Shown here: one piece after another, positions 10,722-23,678 of the stretch
Layout: each line of letters begins with the position of its first letter
Numbering within the stretch: the stretch's first letter is position 1
Source: Escherichia coli
GTDB lineage: Bacteria; Pseudomonadota; Gammaproteobacteria; Enterobacterales; Enterobacteriaceae
Strand: one strand, 5' to 3'
DNA length: 64,000 bases
Assembly (NCBI RefSeq): GCF_050920415.1
Contig: NZ_CP169309.1
Program-made: the position numbers and the translations under genes
The notes under the pieces: generated by a model
What the model was told of the DNA's origin: nothing
Databases searched by the model: none
What the model saw: the letters and a program-made list of their open reading frames with translations, nothing else

Positions 10722-10968
10722 TACGTATCAACCAATCAATTGTGATGATTACGATAATCTTGAGCTCGCCTGCCAGCATCATTTAATGCTGACACTTGAG
10801 CTGAAAGATGGCGAAAAATTGCAGGCGAAGGCCAGCGATTTAGTCTCCCGCAAAAATGTGGAGTATCTGGTCGTCGAGGCCGCTGGTACAACCCGCGAAC
10901 TGCGTCTGGATAAAATTACCAGCTTTAGCCACCCGGAAATCGGTACGGTGGTGGTGAGCGAGTCCTGA
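10714..10968 (+). CDS. rof: Rho-binding antiterminator Rof (YaeO)
   Basis: 84-aa protein [23 protein letters not shown]... An alternative ATG lies 2 codons upstream at 10708. Confidence 0.9.
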
Positions 10969-10976
10969 TTGACTTT

Positions 10977-11009
10977 CGCCGGATGCGACGTTTGATGCGT
11001 CTTATCCGG
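10977..11009. repeat. REP (repetitive extragenic palindrome) between convergent rof and tilS
   Basis: GCCGGATGCGACG...CGTCTTATCCGGC palindromic unit matching the REP consensus. Confidence 0.65.
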
Positions 11010-11020
11010 CTTTCACTTAA

Positions 11021-12316
11021 CTAAGCGTTTCGCCGCCAGACAAAACTTACGCCATTCTCACCTTCAGCCACACCTTCTTGCGTCACAAATACCTCTGCCG
11101 CTGCAATCAGCGTTTCGCCATAAAACAGCAGTGGCGTGGTGTCACGCAACCACGGCGGTACGCCCAGTTCCTGCCAGATTTTCTTTAACTTACGCCCACC
11201 ATTGCGCCCGACAATATGCAGCAATCCTGGCGCTTTGAAACGCACGCTGACCGCTTCGTCTGCACGCGGAGGGCGAATATCGCCTCCCGCAGTAAGCTGT
11301 ACACTTCCCAGCGCCGCCGGTAATTCCAGCGGTTGTAACCACGTCTGCCACGGCACAATGGTTTCGCTTTGCCCAGTGACGGATTTAATCCACCACAGTT
11401 GCGATTGATAGCGGCGGATTTCAAACGCCCCCAAACGTAAACAGGGGGAAGCATCTTCTCGCGCCAGCGCCACTTCCTGCCAGATCCTCACCAACGCGTC
11501 GCGGGAAGGCATCGGTGCATTCTGCCCTGCAAGCCAGCGGCGAATAATCGCCGCGCGACGGGCATCACTCATCGCCAGCATTGGCGCAATCTGCAGCGTT
11601 CCCTGCGGCGTTTGACAGTGTGCTAAATCATCCACCAGCAGTTCATCCAACAGGCTCTCTTGCTCAGCACAAAGTGCGGCGCTGCGGGCCGTTGCTTCGG
11701 CAAAATGCGGCCAACGCTGCTGCAATAACGGCACAACGCGCAGGCGCAGGAAGTTACGATCGTATGAGTCGTCCTGATTACTTTCGTCTTCAATCCAACG
11801 TAAACCATGCGCCAACGCCCACTGCTCCAGTTCTCCCCGCGTGCGGGCGAGCAACGGGCGGATAAGCCGCGTTCCGGCAAACTCCGAGATTTCCGCCATA
11901 GCCGAAAGCCCTGCAGGACCGCTACCGCGTTTTAGCGCCAGCAGAAACGTTTCACATTGATCGTCGAGATGTTGCGCTGTAACCAGCACTTCACCAGGTA
12001 ACAGGGTACGAGCAAATGCCTGATAACGTGCCTGCCGCGCCTGGGCCTCAATACCTAGCCCCTCTTGCGCAAGTTGCACACGCTCAACCACCAGCGGCAC
12101 CTGCCACTGCTGGCAGATATTTTCACAATGTTTCACCCAAGCATCAGCGTTGGCACTTAAACCGTGATGCACATGAATAGCGCGCAGGATGACGCTCGGA
12201 TTTTCCGTCCGCCACTGCACCAACTGATGCAGCAGAACGGTGGAGTCAAGCCCGCCGCTAAAGGCCACCAGAATCTGGCGTGAGATGAGAAGTTGTCTAT
12301 TGAGAGTGAGTGTCAT
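11021..12316 (-). CDS. tilS: tRNA(Ile)-lysidine synthetase
   Basis: 431-aa ORF with PP-loop motif SGGLDS near the N-terminus. Confidence 0.95.
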   Translation of the reverse strand: MTLTLNRQLLISRQILVAFSGGLDSTVLLHQLVQWRTENPSVILRAIHVHHGLSANADAWVKHCENICQQWQVPLVVERVQLAQEGLGIEAQARQARYQAFARTLLPGEVLVTAQHLDDQCETFLLALKRGSGPAGLSAMAEISEFAGTRLIRPLLARTRGELEQWALAHGLRWIEDESNQDDSYDRNFLRLRVVPLLQQRWPHFAEATARSAALCAEQESLLDELLVDDLAHCQTPQGTLQIAPMLAMSDARRAAIIRRWLAGQNAPMPSRDALVRIWQEVALAREDASPCLRLGAFEIRRYQSQLWWIKSVTGQSETIVPWQTWLQPLELPAALGSVQLTAGGDIRPPRADEAVSVRFKAPGLLHIVGRNGGRKLKKIWQELGVPPWLRDTTPLLFYGETLIAAAEVFVTQEGVAEGENGVSFVWRRNA

Positions 12317-12380
12317 GATGGTGCGATTTTACAGTAGCAATGCCCGGCACGTTACCGGGCAAATATGGCGATGACAAGCC

Positions 12381-12770
12381 TTACTGCTCATACAGTTCCA
12401 ACGGCAGTCCGTCCGGATCGTTAAAGAATGTGAAGCGCTTTTGCGTGTAGGGATCGACACGTATGGCTTCACATTTCACGTTATGGCTTTCAAGGTGCGC
12501 CACTGCCGCATCGATATCATCAACGCTAAAAGCCAGATGACGCAGGCCGCAAGCTTCCGGTCGGCTGGGGCGCTCCGGCGGGAACGGAAATGAGAAAAGC
12601 TCAATCACATATTGCCCATTAAGCGCCAAATCCCCTTTCCACGAATCGCGCGCTTCGCGATAGACTTCGCTTTGCAGCGTGAAACCGAGAATATCGCAGT
12701 AGAAAGCTTTGCTCACCGCATAATCCGTCGCAATAATCGCAATATGATGAACCTGTTTTAAACCCAGCAT
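12381..12770 (-). CDS. yaeR: VOC/glyoxalase-family protein
   Basis: 129-aa protein MLGLKQVHHIAIIATDYAVSKAFY... The track ORF is extended 9 codons upstream. Confidence 0.88.
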   Translation of the reverse strand: MLGLKQVHHIAIIATDYAVSKAFYCDILGFTLQSEVYREARDSWKGDLALNGQYVIELFSFPFPPERPSRPEACGLRHLAFSVDDIDAAVAHLESHNVKCEAIRVDPYTQKRFTFFNDPDGLPLELYEQ

Positions 12771-12826
12771 AACGTCTCCTTTATTTGTTAACAGCACGTT
12801 ACTCGCCCGGAAGCCGCTCTGGCAAG

Positions 12827-14968
12827 TTATCCCGCCATTTTTAGGACTCGTACGCGGTAAACGCCATCTCCGTCCTGTTTCGCGCCGTGAATATCCGTTT
12901 CAAAGCCGGGGTAATGTTGCCCTACGGAACAAAGCATCAGTAGAAAATCGAGTACTGTGCGGCTCTCTTTGGTCAGCATTTCTCCAGGCATCAACAGCGG
13001 TACGCCCGGTGGATAAGGCAGGATCATATTTGCCGATACTCTACCGACCAGTTGTTCCAGCGCAATGGTTTCTACTTCACCTTTAATCTGCCGTTGCCAT
13101 GCCTGATGTGGCGTCATGATCATCTCCGGCAAAGTATCAAATGCCCGCAACATCAAACCGGGAAGATCGTGTTTACGAATCAGCTTATGTATCCCTTGCG
13201 CGAGATCCTGAATACGCATATTGCGATAAAAATCGGGATCTTCTGCATAGAGATCGGGCAGCATATTTTTGATCCGCAGGTTGAGATCGTAAGAGCGCTT
13301 AAATTCCGTCAACCCACGCAATAATCCCATTGCTTTGGTTTTATCGATGCCAATACTAAAGAGAAACAGCAGGTTATAAGGGCCGGTTTTCTCTACTACG
13401 ATCCCACGTTCGTCGAGGAATTTTGCCACCAGCGCCGCAGGGATCCCCTCATCGCTCATATTGCCCTGCTCGTCCATCCCCGGTGTCAAAATAGTGACTT
13501 TAACCGGATCGAGAAACATATGATCGGCATCCGCATCGTTAAAGCCGTGCCACTGTTCGCCAGGCGCAACGGGCCAGCATTCGGCTTCATCCACCTGCGG
13601 CGGTTGCCAGATATCGAAAAACCAGCCGTCAGACTCTTCCCGCAGCCGCTGGACCTCTTTGCGAAAATGCAGCGCTCGTTCTACTGAACGGTTAATCAGC
13701 CGTTTGCCCGGATTACCACGCAGCATCGCCGCCGCTGTCTCAACCGAAGCAACAATGGGATAACTGGGCGAAGTGGTGGTATGCATCATAAAGGCTTCAT
13801 TAAACGCCTCTTCGTCGTACTCACCTTTAATGTGGATCAGTGATGCCTGCGACAACGCCGCCAGCATTTTGTGGGTCGATTGCGTTTCGAAGAAAACTTT
13901 TCCTGCCACCCGATCGCCACTCATACCACTTTTGCCCTGATAGATCGGATGAAAATGAGTATACGGGACCCAGGCGGAATCGAAGTGGATCGAGGGGACA
14001 TCCAGCGTCTGTTTGATCCAGTCGGTGTTGTAGAGCAAGCCATCATAGGTGGAGTTGGTGATCACCGCATGAACCGGCCATTGTGCCTGCGTGGTAGCAG
14101 CGACTTTCTCTTCGATACTGTCGCGGGTAAATTCTCGTCGCGGGATCCCGCCCAGAATCCCCAACGCATTACGTGTTGGTTTTAGCCAGACCGGCACGAC
14201 ATCGTTCATCATCAACAGATGCGCCAGCGATTTATGACAATTGCGGTCAATTAACAGCGTACTGCCGGATGGCGCGGCGTACATACCCACAATTTTGTTC
14301 GACGTCGATGTTCCGTTGGTGACGATATAACTCTGTTCCGCGCCGAAAGTCCGTGAGATGTATTCTTCCGCTTCCAGATGTGGCCCGGTGTGGTCGAGCA
14401 ACGAACCTAGCTCGGTTACCGAAATAGAGACGTCCGCCTTGAGGGTATTCCCGCCGAAAAAATCATAAAACAGACAGCCTACCGGGCTTTTCTGATACGC
14501 GGTGCCGCCCATATGCCCCGGCGTACAAAAGGTGTACTTCCGCTCTTTGACATAAGTAAACAAGGCTTTAGTGAATGGCGGGGTAATGTTATCGAGATAT
14601 TCGTTGGTGTACTGACGCATACGAATGGCGATATCTTCTGCCTGCCCCAGCGCATATTCAAAGAACCAGAGCGCCATCCGCATATCCTGCACGCTGACAT
14701 CCATCGTCGAGTGAGTATTGATGAAGGCATAAAGCGGGAGATATTCATTAAGTTGATTGATATCGCTACATAAATCGAGACTGTATTCATCCCAGTCAAA
14801 AATCACGCCGCATATTCGTGGGTTGTGTTCGATAAATTTCAGCAAATCAACGCTGTTTTGTGGCCAGATAATCTGAAAACCTTGCGCCACCAGCGCCGAC
14901 TCCAGTTCTTTGATGGGCTCATCTTTATAAAAGACGCCATGCGGTCCCATAATGGCAATGATATTCAT
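12827..14968 (-). CDS. ldcC: Lysine decarboxylase, constitutive (LdcC)
   Basis: 713-aa ORF MNIIAIMGPHGVFYKDEPIKELESAL..., Orn/Lys/Arg decarboxylase family with PLP lysine region (SxHK). Confidence 0.95.
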   Translation of the reverse strand: MNIIAIMGPHGVFYKDEPIKELESALVAQGFQIIWPQNSVDLLKFIEHNPRICGVIFDWDEYSLDLCSDINQLNEYLPLYAFINTHSTMDVSVQDMRMALWFFEYALGQAEDIAIRMRQYTNEYLDNITPPFTKALFTYVKERKYTFCTPGHMGGTAYQKSPVGCLFYDFFGGNTLKADVSISVTELGSLLDHTGPHLEAEEYISRTFGAEQSYIVTNGTSTSNKIVGMYAAPSGSTLLIDRNCHKSLAHLLMMNDVVPVWLKPTRNALGILGGIPRREFTRDSIEEKVAATTQAQWPVHAVITNSTYDGLLYNTDWIKQTLDVPSIHFDSAWVPYTHFHPIYQGKSGMSGDRVAGKVFFETQSTHKMLAALSQASLIHIKGEYDEEAFNEAFMMHTTTSPSYPIVASVETAAAMLRGNPGKRLINRSVERALHFRKEVQRLREESDGWFFDIWQPPQVDEAECWPVAPGEQWHGFNDADADHMFLDPVKVTILTPGMDEQGNMSDEGIPAALVAKFLDERGIVVEKTGPYNLLFLFSIGIDKTKAMGLLRGLTEFKRSYDLNLRIKNMLPDLYAEDPDFYRNMRIQDLAQGIHKLIRKHDLPGLMLRAFDTLPEMIMTPHQAWQRQIKGEVETIALEQLVGRVSANMILPYPPGVPLLMPGEMLTKESRTVLDFLLMLCSVGQHYPGFETDIHGAKQDGDGVYRVRVLKMAG

Positions 14969-15022
14969 GTGTTCCTCCTGGAAAATCCTTCCTTAATCAT
15001 AGCCCGCTCAAACCATGGCGAT

Positions 15023-15052
15023 AAAAAAGGGCCACCGAAGTGACCCTTTTCA
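15023..15052 (-). terminator. Rho-independent terminator downstream of accA
   Basis: Minus-strand GGGTCAC-TTCG-GTGGCCC hairpin followed by TTTTTTAT. Confidence 0.75.
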
Positions 15053-15065
15053 GAACATTTGCTGA

Positions 15066-16025
15066 TTACGCGTAGCCGTAGCTCATCAGGCGCTGATAAC
15101 GACGATTTTTTAAATCTTCAGTGCTTAACACGTCGAGATCGGCCAGATCCGCCAGCAGCTGCGCTTTCAGAGACGCCGCCATCGCTTCCGGGTTACGGTG
15201 AGCACCGCCCAGCGGTTCCGGGATGATGGAGTCAATCAGTTTCAGTTCTTTCAAACGCGGAGCGATGATCCCCATCGCTTCAGCCGCCAGCGGTGCTTTG
15301 TCGGCGCTCTTCCACAGAATGGACGCGCAACCTTCCGGCGAAATAACGGAATAGGTGCTGTATTGCAACATATTCACTTTATCGCCCACGCCAATCGCCA
15401 GTGCGCCGCCAGAACCACCTTCACCGATAACGGTACAAATAGTCGGTACGCTAAGGCGAGACATTTCACGCAGGTTGCGTGCAATGGCTTCAGACTGACC
15501 GCGCTCTTCTGCGCCCACGCCCGGATAAGCCCCCGGGGTGTCGATAAAGGTGATGATTGGCATCTTAAAGCGTTCAGCCATTTGCATCAGACGCAGTGCT
15601 TTGCGGTAACCTTCTGGCGCTGGCATACCAAAGTTACGGCGAATTTTTTCTTTGGTTTCACGACCTTTTTGATGACCAATGATCATCACCGGACGACCAT
15701 CGAGACGGGCGATACCCCCGACGATAGCTTTATCGTCTGCATACGCGCGGTCGCCAGCCAGTTCGTCAAATTCATCAAAGGCCAGGCGAACGTAATCCAG
15801 GGTATAAGGACGCTGTGGATGGCGTGCCAGTTGCGCAATCTGCCATGCACCGAGATCGGCGAAGATTTTACGCGTCAGTTCTACGCTCTTTTCACGCAGA
15901 CGATGCACTTCTTCATCGATATTAATATCCAGTTTCTCATCCTGGCGGCTAACCGCAGTCAGAGAATCGATTTTCGCTTCCAGCTCTGCAATCGGCTGTT
16001 CAAAATCAAGGAAATTCAGACTCAT
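15066..16025 (-). CDS. accA: Acetyl-CoA carboxylase carboxyltransferase alpha subunit
   Basis: 319-aa [26 protein letters not shown].... Confidence 0.97.
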
Positions 16026-16037
16026 AGTATTCCTGTA

Positions 16038-19000
16038 TTAGTCAAACTCCAGTTCCACCTGCTCCGAACCAATGAGGCCACGGAGATCGTTTAATAAACG
16101 ATCGCTCGGAGAGACACGCCACGTCGCGCCAAAACGCAACCGCGCGCGTGCATCCGCCCTCTGATAGTAGAGATGTACTGGAATTGTCCCAGAGCGGTGG
16201 GGTTCCAGAGACTGACGGAGTCGGTTTAAAAGCTGGTCATCAATTTGCCTGTCCGTCAGCGAGATAGCAAGCCCGCGAGCATATTTTTCCCGGGCTTCGT
16301 CAATATCCATCACTTCGCGAGCGGTCATTTTAAGCCCACCGCTGAAGTCATCAAAGCTGACCTGTCCGCTGACGATAAGTATGCGGTCTTTTTCCAGCAA
16401 TTGCTGGTATTTATCCAGGGCGTCAGTAAACAACATCACTTCCAGCCGCCCGGAACGGTCATCCAGCGTGCAGATACCGATACGATTGCCGCGCTTGGTG
16501 ACCATAACCCGCGCAGCAACAACGAGCCCCGCAGCCGTGGTGACTTTACCACGTTCTGTCGGGTGCATGTCTTTCAGCCTTACGCCTCCGACATAACGCT
16601 CAATCTCTTTTAAATACTGGTTGATAGGGTGTCCCGTCAGGTACAGACCTAACGTTTCACGTTCCCCATCTAACACCACCTGCTCCGGCCACGGTTGGCA
16701 ACTGGCGTAGGATTGTTCAATTTGTTCCGGCTCTTCTGCCAGCACGCCGAACATATCGGCCTGACCGATGGCTTCTGCTTTCGCGTGTTGATCAGCCGCC
16801 TTTAACGCATCGCCCAGCGAGTTCATCAGCGCCGCGCGGTGTGGCCCAAGACGGTCAAACGCCCCGGACATAATCAGTTTTTCCAGCACTCGCCGGTTTA
16901 ACTTTTTGGTGTCTGTACGGGCGCAGAGATCAAACAATTCACGGAAATAGCCGCCTTTATTACGGGCTTCAATGATCGCCTCAATCGGACCTTCACCTAC
17001 CCCTTTGATCGCGCCAATACCATACACGATTTCGCCGTCGTCGTTGACGTGGAAATGGTAAAGACCGGAGTTTATATCTGGTGGCAGGATTTTCAGCCCC
17101 ATCCGCCAGCACTCATCCACCAGGCCCACCACCTTCTCGGTGTTGTCCATATCGGCGGTCATTACTGCCGCCATAAACTCCGCCGGATAGTGCGCTTTCA
17201 GCCATAACGTTTGATATGAAACCAAAGCATAGGCCGCAGAGTGCGATTTGTTAAATCCGTACCCAGCGAATTTCTCCACCAGGTCGAAGATTTTCATCGC
17301 CAGTTCGGCGTTGATCCCGTTCTTTTCTGCGCCTTCAGCAAATACAGAACGCTGCTTGGCCATCTCTTCCGGCTTTTTCTTACCCATCGCACGACGCAGC
17401 ATATCCGCGCCACCGAGGGTATAACCAGAAAGCACCTGGGCAATCTGCATGACCTGTTCCTGATACAGGATGATGCCGTAGGTTGGCTCCAGTACCGGTT
17501 TCAGGCTTTCATGCTGCCACTGCACATCCGGATAGGAGATCTCTTCGCGACCATGTTTACGGTCGATAAAGTTATCCACCATCCCTGATTGCAACGGACC
17601 AGGGCGGAACAATGCCACCAGTGCGATCATATCTTCGAAGCAGTCAGGTTGCAGACGCTTGATCAGGTCCTTCATGCCGCGCGATTCAAGCTGGAATACC
17701 GCAGTGGTTTCCGAGCGTTGCAGCATGTCGAAACTTTTCTTGTCATCCAGCGGGATCGCGGCGATATCCAGCGGCGGCTCGCCATTCTTCGCCCGCCGCT
17801 TGTTGATCATCTCCAGCGCCCAGTTGATGATGGTGAGCGTACGCAAACCAAGGAAGTCGAACTTCACCAGCCCGGCGTATTCAACGTCGCTTTTATCAAA
17901 CTGGGTAACCGGATGTTTGCCCTCTTCATCGCAATAAAGCGGCGCAAAATCGGTAATTTTGGTCGGCGCGATAACCACCCCACCGGCGTGCTTACCAGCG
18001 TTACGGGTGACCCCTTCCAGTTTGCGCGCCATGTCGATCAGCGCCTTAACTTCTTCGTCCGCTTCGTAGATTTCCGGCAGTTGCGGCTCGGCTTCAAACG
18101 CTTTCGCCAGCGTCATCCCCGGATCGGGCGGGATCAGTTTCGAGATACGATCGACAAAGCCGTACGGATGCCCCAGCACGCGGCCTACGTCGCGGATCAC
18201 CGCTTTTGCCGCCATTGTACCGAAGGTGATGATCTGCGATACCGCATCACGGCCGTACATATCTGCCACGTGTTCGATAACCTGGTCGCGTTTTTCCATA
18301 CAGAAGTCAACGTCGAAGTCAGGCATGGAGACACGTTCCGGGTTAAGGAAACGTTCGAACAGCAGGTCAAACTCCAGCGGATCGAGGTCGGTGATTTTTA
18401 ACGCGTAAGCCACCAGTGACCCTGCACCAGAACCACGGCCTGGCCCTACCGGTACGCCGTTATCTTTCGACCACTGGATAAATTCCATAACGATGAGGAA
18501 GTAACCCGGGAAGCCCATCTGGTTGATAACCTGAAGTTCAGTATCCAGACGCTCGTCATACTCCGGGCGACGCTTAAGACGTTCTTCCTCGTCAGGGAAT
18601 AAAAATGCCAGACGCTCTTCCAGGCCTTCTTTTGCACGCTTGACCAGATAATCTTCGGTGCTCATGTCCCCGGTCGGGAACTGCGGCAGGAAGTATTCAC
18701 CCAGACGCACAGTCACGTTACAGCGTTTGGCGATCTCAACAGTGTTGGCAAGGGCTTCGGGGATGTCGGCAAACAGCTCGCACATCTCCTCTTCGCTGCG
18801 CATATATTGCTGCGGCGAATAATTACGCGGGCGTTTGGGATCGTCGAGAGTAAAGCCGTCATGGATCGCGACGCGGATTTCGTGCGCGTCAAAGTCGCTG
18901 CTGTCGATAAAGCGCACGTCATTGGTCGCCACGACGGGCAAACCGCGCGCTTCCGCCAGTTCCACTGCCGCGTGCAGATAACTTTCTTCGTCCGGCCTGC

Positions 19001-19520
19001 CGGTTCGGATCAGTTCGAGAAAATAGCGATCCGGGAAGTGCTCTTCATAAAACGCAACGCACTCATCTACCAGCGCGCTGTTACCACGCAAAAGACTGCG
19101 CCCGACGTCGCCCATGCGCCCGCCGGAAAGGAGGATCAGCCCTTCGTTTAATTCGATAAGCCAGTCGCGATCGATGATAGGCCCGGCGGCACCGTACCCG
19201 CGCTGATACGCTTTTGAGATCAGCAACGTCAGATTCTGATAGCCGATATTGTTCGCCGCCAGCACCGTCAGGTGGGTTAACTCATCACCCAGCAGGTCGC
19301 ACTGGACATTAAAATCTGCCCCGACGATGGGCTTAATCCCTGCGCCATGTCCCGCTCCGTAGAACTTCACCAGACCGCAAAGGTTGGTGAAATCGGTGAT
19401 CGCCAGTGCTGGCATACCCAACGCCGCCGCCTTTTTTACCAGCGGTGCGGTTTTGGCCAGGCCATCGATCATCGAGTAGTCGCTGTGCACCCGCAGGTGT
19501 ACGAAACGTGGTTCAGACAT
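16038..19520 (-). CDS. dnaE: DNA polymerase III alpha subunit
   Basis: 1160-aa [27 protein letters not shown]... with PHP domain N-terminus. Confidence 0.98.
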   Translation of the reverse strand: MSEPRFVHLRVHSDYSMIDGLAKTAPLVKKAAALGMPALAITDFTNLCGLVKFYGAGHGAGIKPIVGADFNVQCDLLGDELTHLTVLAANNIGYQNLTLLISKAYQRGYGAAGPIIDRDWLIELNEGLILLSGGRMGDVGRSLLRGNSALVDECVAFYEEHFPDRYFLELIRTGRPDEESYLHAAVELAEARGLPVVATNDVRFIDSSDFDAHEIRVAIHDGFTLDDPKRPRNYSPQQYMRSEEEMCELFADIPEALANTVEIAKRCNVTVRLGEYFLPQFPTGDMSTEDYLVKRAKEGLEERLAFLFPDEEERLKRRPEYDERLDTELQVINQMGFPGYFLIVMEFIQWSKDNGVPVGPGRGSGAGSLVAYALKITDLDPLEFDLLFERFLNPERVSMPDFDVDFCMEKRDQVIEHVADMYGRDAVSQIITFGTMAAKAVIRDVGRVLGHPYGFVDRISKLIPPDPGMTLAKAFEAEPQLPEIYEADEEVKALIDMARKLEGVTRNAGKHAGGVVIAPTKITDFAPLYCDEEGKHPVTQFDKSDVEYAGLVKFDFLGLRTLTIINWALEMINKRRAKNGEPPLDIAAIPLDDKKSFDMLQRSETTAVFQLESRGMKDLIKRLQPDCFEDMIALVALFRPGPLQSGMVDNFIDRKHGREEISYPDVQWQHESLKPVLEPTYGIILYQEQVMQIAQVLSGYTLGGADMLRRAMGKKKPEEMAKQRSVFAEGAEKNGINAELAMKIFDLVEKFAGYGFNKSHSAAYALVSYQTLWLKAHYPAEFMAAVMTADMDNTEKVVGLVDECWRMGLKILPPDINSGLYHFHVNDDGEIVYGIGAIKGVGEGPIEAIIEARNKGGYFRELFDLCARTDTKKLNRRVLEKLIMSGAFDRLGPHRAALMNSLGDALKAADQHAKAEAIGQADMFGVLAEEPEQIEQSYASCQPWPEQVVLDGERETLGLYLTGHPINQYLKEIERYVGGVRLKDMHPTERGKVTTAAGLVVAARVMVTKRGNRIGICTLDDRSGRLEVMLFTDALDKYQQLLEKDRILIVSGQVSFDDFSGGLKMTAREVMDIDEAREKYARGLAISLTDRQIDDQLLNRLRQSLEPHRSGTIPVHLYYQRADARARLRFGATWRVSPSDRLLNDLRGLIGSEQVELEFD

Positions 19521-19556
19521 CTTCAGATTCCGGTTTACTTAATCTCGACACAAGAA

Positions 19557-20153
19557 TCAGGACGCAAGTCCCAGTGCGCGTTTGACAGGCCCAAAGCTGC
19601 GACGATGATGTTCAGTCGCGCCATATTCAGCCAGTTTTTCCAGATGAAAAGCGGTTGGATACCCTTTGTGCTGGGCAAAACCATATTGCGGGAAAACAAT
19701 ATCCAGCGCCGCCATTTCAGCGTCGCGCGTCACTTTCGCCAGGATAGACGCAGCACTGATTTCCGGTACGCGGCTATCGCCTTTCACCACTGCCATCGAA
19801 GGCATCGGTAATTTTGGGCAGCGGTTACCATCAATCAACACATATTCCGGCGCAATATGCAGCCCCGCGACGGCGCGCTGCATCGCCAGCATGGTCGCGT
19901 GTAAAATATTCAGTTCGTCGATTTCGTGGGGTTCCGCGCGGCCCAGACTCCAGCTTAACGCTTTCTCTTTGATCTCTTCACAGAGCGCCAGACGGCGTTT
20001 TTCGCTCAGCTTTTTGGAATCATTCAGCCCGGCAATCGGGCGCGTCGGGTCAAGGATTACAGCAGCGGTAACCACCGCGCCAACCAACGGCCCGCGTCCA
20101 ACTTCATCCACACCCGCAACCAGCTGCGTGTGTGGATAAACAAATTCGATCAT
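19557..20153 (-). CDS. rnhB: Ribonuclease HII
   Basis: 198-aa ORF with RNase HII motif ([12 protein letters not shown]). 4-nt overlap with lpxB. Confidence 0.96.
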   Translation of the reverse strand: MIEFVYPHTQLVAGVDEVGRGPLVGAVVTAAVILDPTRPIAGLNDSKKLSEKRRLALCEEIKEKALSWSLGRAEPHEIDELNILHATMLAMQRAVAGLHIAPEYVLIDGNRCPKLPMPSMAVVKGDSRVPEISAASILAKVTRDAEMAALDIVFPQYGFAQHKGYPTAFHLEKLAEYGATEHHRRSFGPVKRALGLAS

Positions 20154-21298
20154 TGTGCTAACTCCAGAACGGCTTGTGCCGCCTGCTCATCGGCATTGCA
20201 GCGGATCTGCTGATGCAGCTCGCGGAAGGTGTCGTGCATCGCGTGGCTGGTTTTCCCGTTCGCCAACAGCGGTAACAGCGCCGCAGCCAGTTTTTGCGGC
20301 TCACACTCTTCCTGCAATAACTCTTTGACTAACTCTCTGCCCGCCAGCAAATTTGGCAGCGAGACATACTCGGTTTTCACCAGCCTCTTCGCCAGCCAGA
20401 AGGTAAAAGGCTTCATGCGATATCCCACCACCATCGGGCATTTCGCCAGCATGCACTCCAGGGCTGCCGTACCCGACGCCAGTAGCGCCGCATCACTGGC
20501 GACCATCGCCTCACGGCCCATTCCATCCAGCAGATGAACCGACAGGTCTGGCGCAACTTCAGCTTTGATACGCTCAAACTGCTCGCGGCGTTTGGCATTC
20601 ACCAGCGGCACCACGATCTCGAGATCGGGATACGTCTGACGCAAAAGCTGGGCCGTTTTCAGGAAATCGGCACTCAGCATCTCCACTTCCGCACCACGAC
20701 TTCCCGGCAGCAACGCAAGACAGTGAGCATCGTGAGGGATCCCCAGCACATCACGGGCGGCATTTTTATCTGGATCTAACGGCATGGCATCAGCCATGGT
20801 GTGACCGATAAAACGGCACGGCACGTTGTATTTGTCATAAAACGCTTTTTCGAAAGGCAGAAATGCGAGCACCAGATCGGTGGCTCTGCCTATTTTGAAA
20901 ACGCGTTTCTGTCGCCACGCCCAGACGGACGGACTGACGTAATGAATGGTTTTGATACCCTGCTTTTTAAGATTACCTTCGAGGGTAATATTGAAGTCAG
21001 GTGCATCAATGCCGACAAAAACATCTGGCTTCAGTTCGCCAAAACGCTTTGTCAGATCGGCACGAATATGCAGTAAGCGACGCAGACGACCGAGCACTTC
21101 AACAATGCCCATCACCGCCAACTCTTCCATTTCGTACCAGGCTTCGCAGCCTTCGGCCTGCATTCGTGGCCCGGCAACGCCAACAAAGCGGGCGTTGGGC
21201 ACTCGTTCTTTCAGAGCACGGATTAAACCGGCCCCCAGGATATCGCCGGAGGTTTCTCCGGCGACCAGGGCAATCGTTAATGGACGCTGTTCAGTCAT
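20150..21298 (-). CDS. lpxB: Lipid-A-disaccharide synthase
   Basis: 382-aa [28 protein letters not shown].... Confidence 0.96.
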   Translation of the reverse strand: MTEQRPLTIALVAGETSGDILGAGLIRALKERVPNARFVGVAGPRMQAEGCEAWYEMEELAVMGIVEVLGRLRRLLHIRADLTKRFGELKPDVFVGIDAPDFNITLEGNLKKQGIKTIHYVSPSVWAWRQKRVFKIGRATDLVLAFLPFEKAFYDKYNVPCRFIGHTMADAMPLDPDKNAARDVLGIPHDAHCLALLPGSRGAEVEMLSADFLKTAQLLRQTYPDLEIVVPLVNAKRREQFERIKAEVAPDLSVHLLDGMGREAMVASDAALLASGTAALECMLAKCPMVVGYRMKPFTFWLAKRLVKTEYVSLPNLLAGRELVKELLQEECEPQKLAAALLPLLANGKTSHAMHDTFRELHQQIRCNADEQAAQAVLELAQ

Positions 21299-22086
21299 TA
21301 ACGAATCAGACCGCGCGTTGAGCGTGCAAAGAAATCGGTAAAGGCTTTTACTTCCGGATATGTTTCCGCCAGTTCGGCAATTTCCGGTTTCACTTCATCG
21401 AGCGTTTTACCGCTGCGATAAATCAGCTTATACGCATTGCGGATAGCGGTAATCGCCTCACGGCTGAATCCGCGGCGCTTCAGCCCTTCGATGTTGACAC
21501 CGAACGGCGTTGCGTGGTTACCCTGCGCAATGACATAAGGAGGGACGTCCTGCGCCACACCGGAACAGCCGCCAACCATCACGTGCGCACCAATGATGCA
21601 GAACTGATGGACTGCGGTCATGCCGCCGATGATCGCGAAGTCGTCTACCGATACATGACCCGCCAGCGTTGCGTTGTTGGCGAGGATGCAGCGGTTACCT
21701 ACCGTACAATCGTGCGCAATGTGCGCGTTGATCATCAGTAAGTTGTCGCTGCCCACCTTCGTCAATCCACCGCCCTGGACTGTGCCACGATGAATGGTGA
21801 CGCTTTCGCGAATGCGGTTACGATCGCCGATTTCCACACGGGTCGGTTCGCCAGCATATTTAAGATCCTGGTTGACTTCGCCGATGGAGGCGAACTGATA
21901 AATCTCATTGTCGCGGCCAATTTTAGTATGACCATTCACAACAACGTGAGATTTCAGTACGGTACCCTCACCAATTTCGACATGGGGTCCAACGATACAA
22001 AAAGGACCAATGTGAGCGTTGGCGGCAATCGATGCGCCCTCTTCCACAATGGCGGTTGGATGCACAAAGGCGGATTTATCAATCAC
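21298..22086 (-). CDS. lpxA: UDP-N-acetylglucosamine O-acyltransferase
   Basis: 262-aa ORF with hexapeptide repeats. 1-nt overlap with lpxB. Confidence 0.96.
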   Translation of the reverse strand: MIDKSAFVHPTAIVEEGASIAANAHIGPFCIVGPHVEIGEGTVLKSHVVVNGHTKIGRDNEIYQFASIGEVNQDLKYAGEPTRVEIGDRNRIRESVTIHRGTVQGGGLTKVGSDNLLMINAHIAHDCTVGNRCILANNATLAGHVSVDDFAIIGGMTAVHQFCIIGAHVMVGGCSGVAQDVPPYVIAQGNHATPFGVNIEGLKRRGFSREAITAIRNAYKLIYRSGKTLDEVKPEIAELAETYPEVKAFTDFFARSTRGLIR

Positions 22087-22089
22087 GTA

Positions 22090-22545
22090 TCAGGCCTCCC
22101 GGCTACGAGCACACATCATCGTTGCTTCGCAAACTACTTTACCGTCGACCAGAGCAACCCCTTTAAAACGGGTCAGGCCGCGGCGCGTTTTTTCGAAAGT
22201 GACTTCCATGATCATTTGATCGCCAGGCACGACCGGGCGCTTGAAGCGCGCTTCGTCAATACCAGCGAAATAGTACAGCTCACCCGGTTCCAGTTTTCCT
22301 ACGCTTTTAAACGCCAGAATACCTGTTGCCTGTGCCATTGCTTCCAGAATAAGCACACCCGGGAAAATCGGTTTTCCAGGGAAATGGCCCTGGAAGAATG
22401 GCTCATTGACAGAGACATTTTTTACTGCGCGCAGAAAACGACCTTCTTCAAAATCCAGCACGCGATCCACCAGTAAGAACGGGAAACGGTGCGGCAGAAG
22501 TTCTAAAATCTCTTCAATCTGCAGAGTATGAGTGTTAGTAGTCAA
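22090..22545 (-). CDS. fabZ: 3-hydroxyacyl-ACP dehydratase FabZ
   Basis: 151-aa protein (L)[26 protein letters not shown]... from a TTG start. The track ORF is extended 31 codons upstream. Confidence 0.93.
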
Positions 22546-22649
22546 GATACTCTTCCTGTCAAAATATAAGAAACGACAATAATAACACGGCCTGCCGCAA
22601 TCGTAAGAATGAGACAGGCCGTAAAGTTTGGCGAACAAAAGATGGAACG

Positions 22650-23675
22650 TTAGTCTTGTTGATTAACCTTGCGCTCAAGCGATTTCAAACGCTTGCTCAT
22701 GTCATCAATGTTCATCACCAGTGCAGCGGTTTTGCGCCAGACTTTGTTGGGTTGCAGCGGAATGCCTGAGGAATAGACGCCTGGTTCAGTGATGGGACGC
22801 ATCACCATACCCATGCCCGTAACCGTCACTTTGTCGCATATTTCCATATGCCCGTTGATTACGCTGGCTCCGCCGATCATGCAGTAACGACCAATTTTCA
22901 GGCTTCCCGCCATAATGACGCCACCGGCAACCGCCGTATTGTCACCAATCACGACGTTATGTGCAATCTGGCACTGGTTATCAATGATCACACCATTGCC
23001 AATAACAGTGTCATCCAGCGCGCCGCGATCGATGGTAGTACATGCGCCGATCTCCACGCGATCGCCAATAATTACGCGACCAATCTGCGGGATCTTCACC
23101 CAGTTACCCCGATCGTTGGCATAACCAAAGCCGTCTGCGCCTACCACTGTTCCAGACTGGATCAGGCAATTCTGACCGATCTGGATCTCATGGTAAATGG
23201 TTACGTTCGCCCAGAGACGCGAACCTGCACCTATTTTGCTGTTTTTACCTACGAAGCAACCGGCACCGATAATCACGTTATCGCCCAGTTCAACGCCGGA
23301 CTCAATCACCGCGTTAGCGCCAATCGATACGTTGTTACCCAGCTTCGCCGTCGCGTCAATCACTGCACTGGGTGCAATGTTCTGCGCAGGCTGCGGCGTG
23401 GTATCTAAAATTTGCGCCATGCGCGCGTAAGTCAGGTAGGGGTTCTTCACTACCAGCGCGGCACTTTTCGCGAAAGGAAGATCGTCCTGGGTCATGACAA
23501 CCGCGGACGCCTGGCACAAGCCTAAATGCTCACGGTATTTTGGGTTAACCATGAACGTGATGTGACCTGTTTGTGCAGATTGCATGGACGCAACGCCGGT
23601 GATGACGATATCGCCATCACCGTGTAGTTCTGCATCCAACTGCTGCGCTAAATCAGCCAGTCGAATTGAAGGCAT
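22650..23675 (-). CDS. lpxD: UDP-3-O-(3-hydroxymyristoyl)glucosamine N-acyltransferase
   Basis: 341-aa [25 protein letters not shown]... with hexapeptide repeats. Confidence 0.96.
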
Positions 23676-23678
23676 TAC

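Noticed and set aside
15198-16094. 298-aa plus-strand ORF antisense to accA
   Set aside because: Shadow ORF of a well-supported gene. Composition is Phe/Arg/His/Cys-biased and not protein-like.
17589-18401. 270-aa plus-strand ORF (and neighbouring 115-aa ORF) antisense to dnaE
   Set aside because: Entirely inside the dnaE coding region on the opposite strand, with no independent support.
21790-22476. 228-aa plus-strand ORF antisense to lpxA and fabZ, plus 186-aa ORF at 22848-23408 antisense to lpxD
   Set aside because: They lie opposite tightly packed essential genes and look like hexapeptide-repeat reading-frame artefacts rather than genes.
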